Shown here piece by piece: positions 59,507-64,000 of a stretch of DNA of 64,000 nucleotides (positions are counted from its first letter, which is position 1; the number at the start of each line of letters is the position of its first letter). The notes under the pieces are model-generated. The model made no database searches, was not told the origin of the DNA, and worked only from the letters and a program-made list of their open reading frames with translations. The stretch is from a virus (lineage: Duplodnaviria; Caudoviricetes): IMG/VR virus record IMGVR_UViG_3300033066_001190, positions 42,588 through 106,587 of that record. One strand, written 5' to 3'. The position numbers were made by a program, and so were the translations under genes.

Positions 59507-59722
59507 TTAAAACATCATTGGTTGTATAAAAATCTTGTACCTCCCTAAAAAAGCAATAAACAAAGGGTCTGTTAAAACTTCATTATCGTACAAATATACA
59601 GTTTTCTCTGTTTCATTGTATTTACATTTGTCACCAAAGCATAGTTCTAAATAAGTTTTAACACCTTTTACATCTGTTATGTCTTCCTTATTTGATGTTT
59701 GAATATCTGTATGTATTGTCAT
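59507..59722 (-). CDS. hypothetical protein
   Basis: Abuts both neighbours. Confidence 0.55.
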   Translation of the reverse strand: MTIHTDIQTSNKEDITDVKGVKTYLELCFGDKCKYNETEKTVYLYDNEVLTDPLFIAFLGRYKIFIQPMMF

Positions 59723-59724
59723 AA

Positions 59725-60765
59725 TTAATTACTTATTTCTAGGTTTGAAACATCATCTTTACGTAAATCTGTCTTTTGTAAATATTCTTGTACAAGAGGT
59801 TCTACAATAGTTTTTGTGTATTCGGGGTTATCTTTTAGATATTCTACAGCATTTTTCTTACCTACCATTTTAAATTCGGGTAATTCTGGAAAATAATAGC
59901 TTTTACCCTCTAATTTAATAACCCCAAATTCAATAGCTAAATCAGCAATCTCACTAAACAAATCAAATCCTGTTTCCCAATTATAAACAATTGTACCCAC
60001 TTTAAAAGGAGCGGCCATTTTGTTTTTAATAAAAGTAAATTTGATTACATTTTGTTTGTTTTCTCTATCAATTTCACTCCTTGTAGTCCTAATTCTACCA
60101 TGTGCATAAAATGGAATTGCTTTTCCACCGCTAACAGTTGTAGGATCTCCCATTCCCCCAATAGATTGGCGAATCTGCATAATAAAAATCAAACAAGTGT
60201 TTGATTCTTCTAAAGCATCCATCACCAATCTCATTTTATCAGAATTTACTCTTGCCTCTACTCCCATTACTACACTACCTTCAAACCTAGATGCTGGAGC
60301 AAATGATGTTACAGAATCCACTACAATACAACCAAAAGCATTACTTTTAAGAGCCATAATAACAGATTCATACATATCTTCTAGTGTATGAGGTGTAACA
60401 ATTTTTAGTTTGTTGTTATCAATACCTAGTTTTGAACCATAATCAGTAGTGTAACTATCTTCCTTGTCAATTAATAAACAATCATCTCCAAACTTCTTTT
60501 GACAATTACCAATTACATCATATGCTGTTGTGGATTTACCAGCGCTCAAATCTCCATCAATTGTATAAAATTTCCTCTTAGCAAATCCACCAATTCCTGA
60601 TGCATTTCTTAAACTAAAAGGTGTACAAGGAATTACATCTCCATAATTTTCCTTGTTTTTAGCATCAATTATTACACCTTTACCAAACCTTTTGCTTAGT
60701 TCTGAAACGAATTCGTCTAAATTACTTTTTTCTTTTACTGCTGTTTCATCTTGCTTTTTTGCCAT
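59725..60765 (-). CDS. recA: RecA/UvsX-like recombinase
   Basis: GIGGF, Walker A GDLSAGKST, IVVDSV, FIMQIR, TVSGGKAIPFYA, KNKMAAPFK. Confidence 0.92.
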   Translation of the reverse strand: MAKKQDETAVKEKSNLDEFVSELSKRFGKGVIIDAKNKENYGDVIPCTPFSLRNASGIGGFAKRKFYTIDGDLSAGKSTTAYDVIGNCQKKFGDDCLLIDKEDSYTTDYGSKLGIDNNKLKIVTPHTLEDMYESVIMALKSNAFGCIVVDSVTSFAPASRFEGSVVMGVEARVNSDKMRLVMDALEESNTCLIFIMQIRQSIGGMGDPTTVSGGKAIPFYAHGRIRTTRSEIDRENKQNVIKFTFIKNKMAAPFKVGTIVYNWETGFDLFSEIADLAIEFGVIKLEGKSYYFPELPEFKMVGKKNAVEYLKDNPEYTKTIVEPLVQEYLQKTDLRKDDVSNLEISN

Positions 60766-60780
60766 TTTTATTGTTTTTTA

Positions 60781-60996
60781 TTAATTATAACCTAATTCGT
60801 TATCCCAAGATTTCTGAGCTTTTCTGAGTGTTTCATCTGCAAATACCCCATAATAACTAAATTTTTCACCCATTTTACCACATGTTTCACAAATTACATA
60901 ACATTCGTGGCTACTATCTCCATGCCCAAACCTTGTTTTTGTCATTATTGAAGAAGTATTTATACCTGCTCTGCTACACTTATGTTCAGCGTTCAT
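60781..60996 (-). CDS. small Zn-ribbon protein (Lar-like pattern)
   Basis: YVICETCG.....A..SW.N pattern. Confidence 0.45.
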   Translation of the reverse strand: MNAEHKCSRAGINTSSIMTKTRFGHGDSSHECYVICETCGKMGEKFSYYGVFADETLRKAQKSWDNELGYN

Positions 60997-60999
60997 TGT

Positions 61000-61560
61000 T
61001 TATAAATTAAATACTCTTCGAAAAAATGTTTTGTTTTGTAATGCTTCAATTTTTTGCTCTAATTGTTTGATTTGTTCATCTTTACTTAAATCTACTAAAT
61101 CTCCGTTTAATCTTTTGATTTCTGCTTCCAAAGTTTTTTGAACTTCTTTAGCTTTATTTGCTTGATTTTCAAGCTCTTCTTTGTGAGCAATTCTTAATTC
61201 ATCCAACTTTTTACTATGAGCTGTTCTTAATTCTTGGTTTTCAGTTCTTTGAGAATTAATATCTCTTTGTAATTGTCCCAATTTCTCAAACACTTTCCTT
61301 TCTTCTTCTAGCTTAATTTCAGCTCTTACATCTTCAAAATTGATATATTCTGGTGTTTGTACAATAAACTTACGATCATTTTTATAAAAACCTAAAGCAT
61401 ATTTATTACGTAAATAAATGTTATCCTTCGTAATTTCTGTAACAAAAAGCTTTACAACTTTTTCATTCTTTTCAAACTCTTTTACTTGTTCTTCTAATTT
61501 TTGCTTTTCCTGTCTTAATTTATCCAATTCCTCAATGGATAATGTTACTGTTGCATTCAT
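61000..61560 (-). CDS. coiled-coil protein
   Basis: E/K/Q/L heptads. C-terminal KTFFRRVF. Confidence 0.6.
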   Translation of the reverse strand: MNATVTLSIEELDKLRQEKQKLEEQVKEFEKNEKVVKLFVTEITKDNIYLRNKYALGFYKNDRKFIVQTPEYINFEDVRAEIKLEEERKVFEKLGQLQRDINSQRTENQELRTAHSKKLDELRIAHKEELENQANKAKEVQKTLEAEIKRLNGDLVDLSKDEQIKQLEQKIEALQNKTFFRRVFNL

Positions 61561-61562
61561 AT

Positions 61563-62078
61563 TTATTTATTTTTCTTTTTAATAAAAAATCTTGCTTCTT
61601 GTTCTGTAAAATCCCTATCAACAAAATTATCTCCCTTTACAAATACTTGTTGAAATGGTAATTGACAATACATTGTACCTGTCATCATTACTTCTCCTGT
61701 TAATTTAACATGAAATTCTGGATTTTCGGGGTATTTTTCTTCAAACTTTTGATTTAAATGGTTTACTAATTCTTGAATAGAACCAAATTTTTGAGTTAGT
61801 TGTTCATTAAATAATTCAAAATACAGGTTTTTTAATTTTGGTATAGCTACTGCACTTAAAAATAAACTGTCATAAATACAATAAATTCCATTTGTTAGGT
61901 ACAATTTAATCAAATTATTACCTGATGTTGTAACACCTGCTTCAAATGGTTTTTTTGTTTCTTCTGCATACACTCCTCCAAATTTTAGTTTTCTAAATCC
62001 TGGTTTGATTGATTTGTCTTCTATTTTACTACCAAAATCTAGAATGTCCTTGTTTTTTTCTTCGTTGTTTACGTTCAT
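61563..62078 (-). CDS. hypothetical protein, possibly an ssDNA-binding (DUF669-like) protein
   Basis: IKPG...TTSGNNLIKL...DSLFLS..AIPKL pattern. Near recA and the exonuclease. Confidence 0.35.
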   Translation of the reverse strand: MNVNNEEKNKDILDFGSKIEDKSIKPGFRKLKFGGVYAEETKKPFEAGVTTSGNNLIKLYLTNGIYCIYDSLFLSAVAIPKLKNLYFELFNEQLTQKFGSIQELVNHLNQKFEEKYPENPEFHVKLTGEVMMTGTMYCQLPFQQVFVKGDNFVDRDFTEQEARFFIKKKNK

Positions 62079-62126
62079 TTTTGTTGTTTTATTTGTTGTA
62101 AAAATAATGAATTATTCCCTATTTAT

Positions 62127-62324
62127 CTAACAAGAAAGGTTTTTTAATTGCTCATATGCCCATTTCAAACCTTCATGTTTTATTTCGTGAAATATTTCTA
62201 CACAAGTGTTAATATCTTCTCTTGTTTCACCGTATAAGTCATCACCATAACGTAAATCCTCTGAATTGTAACTTTTTTCAACATATCTTAAAGCTATTTC
62301 AAATAATTCTTTTTCTGTTTTCAT
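62127..62324 (-). CDS. hypothetical protein
   Basis: ATGA-coupled ORF. Confidence 0.55.
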   Translation of the reverse strand: MKTEKELFEIALRYVEKSYNSEDLRYGDDLYGETREDINTCVEIFHEIKHEGLKWAYEQLKNLSC

Positions 62325-62593
62325 AATTTGCTATTTACACGTTCTAAAAAACTTTGTCCTACATGAGTTCCTAACCATTGTATTACAGATAATACAATTT
62401 TTTCTTCCTCTTCTGTCAAATAATCATATTCTATTTGTAATAAATTATTACTTCGTCTATTTTTATAGACAATTTGATTCATATAATCATTATTGTATGA
62501 AATTTCCTTGTTAAATTCTTTAACAAAAGTTACCTCTTTTGCATGATATGGATCATTTTCTTTTAATCTATGTGCGTTATATCCTGTTTTCAT
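62321..62593 (-). CDS. hypothetical protein
   Basis: ATGA-coupled ORF. SVIQWLGT.VG.SFL motif. Confidence 0.6.
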   Translation of the reverse strand: MKTGYNAHRLKENDPYHAKEVTFVKEFNKEISYNNDYMNQIVYKNRRSNNLLQIEYDYLTEEEEKIVLSVIQWLGTHVGQSFLERVNSKL

Positions 62594-63378
62594 AATTCAA
62601 TTTCTTTTAAACAAACTAATTCTCTATTCAATTCCATCTTTTCTCTAGCTATGTTTATGTCTTTATACACTTTAATAAAAGCATTAAATAAAGCTTCTTC
62701 ATATTGCTCTATTGTAAAATCTATAGAGAAATTCTTTTCAAAATATTTTATGCCGCATCCCTTGAGTAAGTTTACATTATCTCCACTTTCACCAACAACC
62801 ATTTTCTTGTATTTGTTATAAATGGCTTCTTTTTCAGAGATTTTTTTCCACACCCCTTTGCGGTAATCGTATAAGGTACAAGGCACCTCATCTAAATCAT
62901 GATCTGGTGATAATATAATACCTGTATGATTTATCTTTTTAGACACTGTATAGATATAATCTTCTGCTTCACAACCATCTGCTTTAATGGTTTTAAATGC
63001 TATTTCTGCATAGTTGTACAAATCATTGATTAAGGGATTGGGAGGCGTTCTATTAGCTTTATATTCGGTGTATAACTTCTTTCTGAAGTTGTTTTCTCCC
63101 TTAACAAAGATGTATAAGTTCAATATATCGAAATACTTCTCTACAGCATTTACAGTTTTATAGTACAATTCTGTCATTTTATACTGTAAATATTCTAAAT
63201 CTGCTTCTGTATATTCTGGATTTCTCTCTCCTAATTCATTTTTACCTGAATATAGAGTGAGATGTAGTATGGAATCAAAATCCCATAATACCACTTTAGC
63301 TTCTCTTTGAGATAAATCAGGTAGCACACTACTGATTTTATCATCATGCACTACCTGATCTAAACTTTTTACTTTCAT
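62590..63378 (-). CDS. 5'-3' exonuclease / RNase H (T7 gp6/FEN-like)
   Basis: WDFDSI, NFRKKLYTEYKANR, CEAEDYI, SPDHDL, GESGDNV..LKGCG. Confidence 0.88.
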   Translation of the reverse strand: MKVKSLDQVVHDDKISSVLPDLSQREAKVVLWDFDSILHLTLYSGKNELGERNPEYTEADLEYLQYKMTELYYKTVNAVEKYFDILNLYIFVKGENNFRKKLYTEYKANRTPPNPLINDLYNYAEIAFKTIKADGCEAEDYIYTVSKKINHTGIILSPDHDLDEVPCTLYDYRKGVWKKISEKEAIYNKYKKMVVGESGDNVNLLKGCGIKYFEKNFSIDFTIEQYEEALFNAFIKVYKDINIAREKMELNRELVCLKEIEL

Positions 63379-63548
63379 TATTGTTCTTTTAAGACATTTA
63401 ATATGTCTGTTAATAAATCATCTGCTTTCTGTGTGTAGCTTTTTGTAGACACACCACTTTCATCTACTTCTGTTTGCCACAAAAGGAACGTAAAATATTT
63501 TGGTAAAATTTGCTCAATAATTTTCTCAGCTTTTTCTAAATCACCCAT
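63378..63548 (-). CDS. hypothetical protein (56 aa), not in the ORF track
   Basis: MGDLEKAEKIIEQILPKYFTFLLWQTEVDESGVSTKSYTQKADDLLTDILNVLKEQ. Fills the gap with overlapping start/stop. Confidence 0.6.
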   Translation of the reverse strand: MGDLEKAEKIIEQILPKYFTFLLWQTEVDESGVSTKSYTQKADDLLTDILNVLKEQ

Positions 63549-63792
63549 TTTCTCCTATTTGTTTTAAAAGATTATTTAATTTTATACAAAGAGTTAAATC
63601 ATCCGTATGTTGTACTTCTTTTTTTAAAAATTCCAATACAATAGGATAGTTATTACAACATTCTTCAATAAACATAGCATCGGATAAATGATTAACATCT
63701 TTTATAACCACTTGATTATCAGCACTTAATATACTATAATCGTTTTTCACTAGCTTTTCTTTAAAGGGTAATTTACTACGAGGTTGTATCAT
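63541..63792 (-). CDS. hypothetical protein
   Basis: ORF in operon. Confidence 0.6.
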   Translation of the reverse strand: MIQPRSKLPFKEKLVKNDYSILSADNQVVIKDVNHLSDAMFIEECCNNYPIVLEFLKKEVQHTDDLTLCIKLNNLLKQIGENG

Positions 63793-64000
63793 TTTCTTTA
63801 GTTTTTTCGTTATCTAATATTTCATGTTCTTTTGAGTGACATCCATCACATAGCAAAATGAGTCCTGTTTTTTCAACAAATAATCTCTTACAAAAATCAG
63901 GAAGATCTTCAAATGATTTCAATGAACCTGCTGGAATAATATGATGAACAGCCACCTCTTTATCACTATATAATCCCCCACATTTTTCACATTTGTAAGA
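63776..64000 (-). CDS. HNH endonuclease, 5'-truncated by the window edge
   Basis: Manual translation gives YKCEKC...VAVHHIIPAGSL....DL..F..RLFVE..GL.LLC..CHSKEH. Confidence 0.75.
   Translation of the reverse strand, partial: SYKCEKCGGLYSDKEVAVHHIIPAGSLKSFEDLPDFCKRLFVEKTGLILLCDGCHSKEHEILDNEKTKENDTTS

Noticed and set aside
51009-62821. Short + strand ORFs in the minus-strand module (51009, 53465, 55551, 56572, 57493, 60197, 62570) and the alternative-frame ORF at 50237
   Set aside because: Fully overlap better-supported genes and show no recognisable features.
1-64000. Stop-codon reassignment (TAG or TGA), known in some crAss-like phages
   Set aside because: Very long ORFs (4232, 1560, 1516 aa) are intact in code 11, coding density is high, and TGA and TAG end genes at tight junctions.

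Overview
AT-rich (~30% GC by eye) 64-kb segment of a Bacteroidota-infecting crAss-like phage (Crassvirales-like), read in the standard genetic code. The + strand (1-47.2 kb) is the late/virion module: Cys-rich structural paralogues, tail fibres, a lysis cassette (two holin-like genes, Amidase_3 endolysin, spanin-like gene), a DUF559 nuclease, a metallophosphoesterase, two GIY-YIG homing endonucleases, the crAss ring/IHF-like/tail-tube/muzzle block, and a run of cargo (ejection) proteins. The cargo run includes a 4232-aa virion RNA polymerase with an RIPxQ...GDFDWD centre and a zincin domain. A small + strand operon at 47.5-48.2 kb starts with an Acb2/Tad1-like candidate. The - strand (48.3-64 kb) is the early/middle module: a methyltransferase and three glycosyltransferases, PNK plus RNA ligase, MazG, DUF3310, RecA, a 5'-3' exonuclease, HNH-type nucleases and many small ORFs. 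The most intriguing observations are (1) consecutive cargo proteins that end in Cys-stop while the next begins MxC/MxxxC, (2) an unannotated, densely base-paired 6.5-6.9 kb intergenic locus with convergent structured elements and a host-type promoter, (3) a modular cargo protein with tandem ADP-ribosyltransferase-like domains punctuated by xxGG/WEI motifs, and (4) several candidate counter-defence genes. All family calls come from motif recognition, not database searches.
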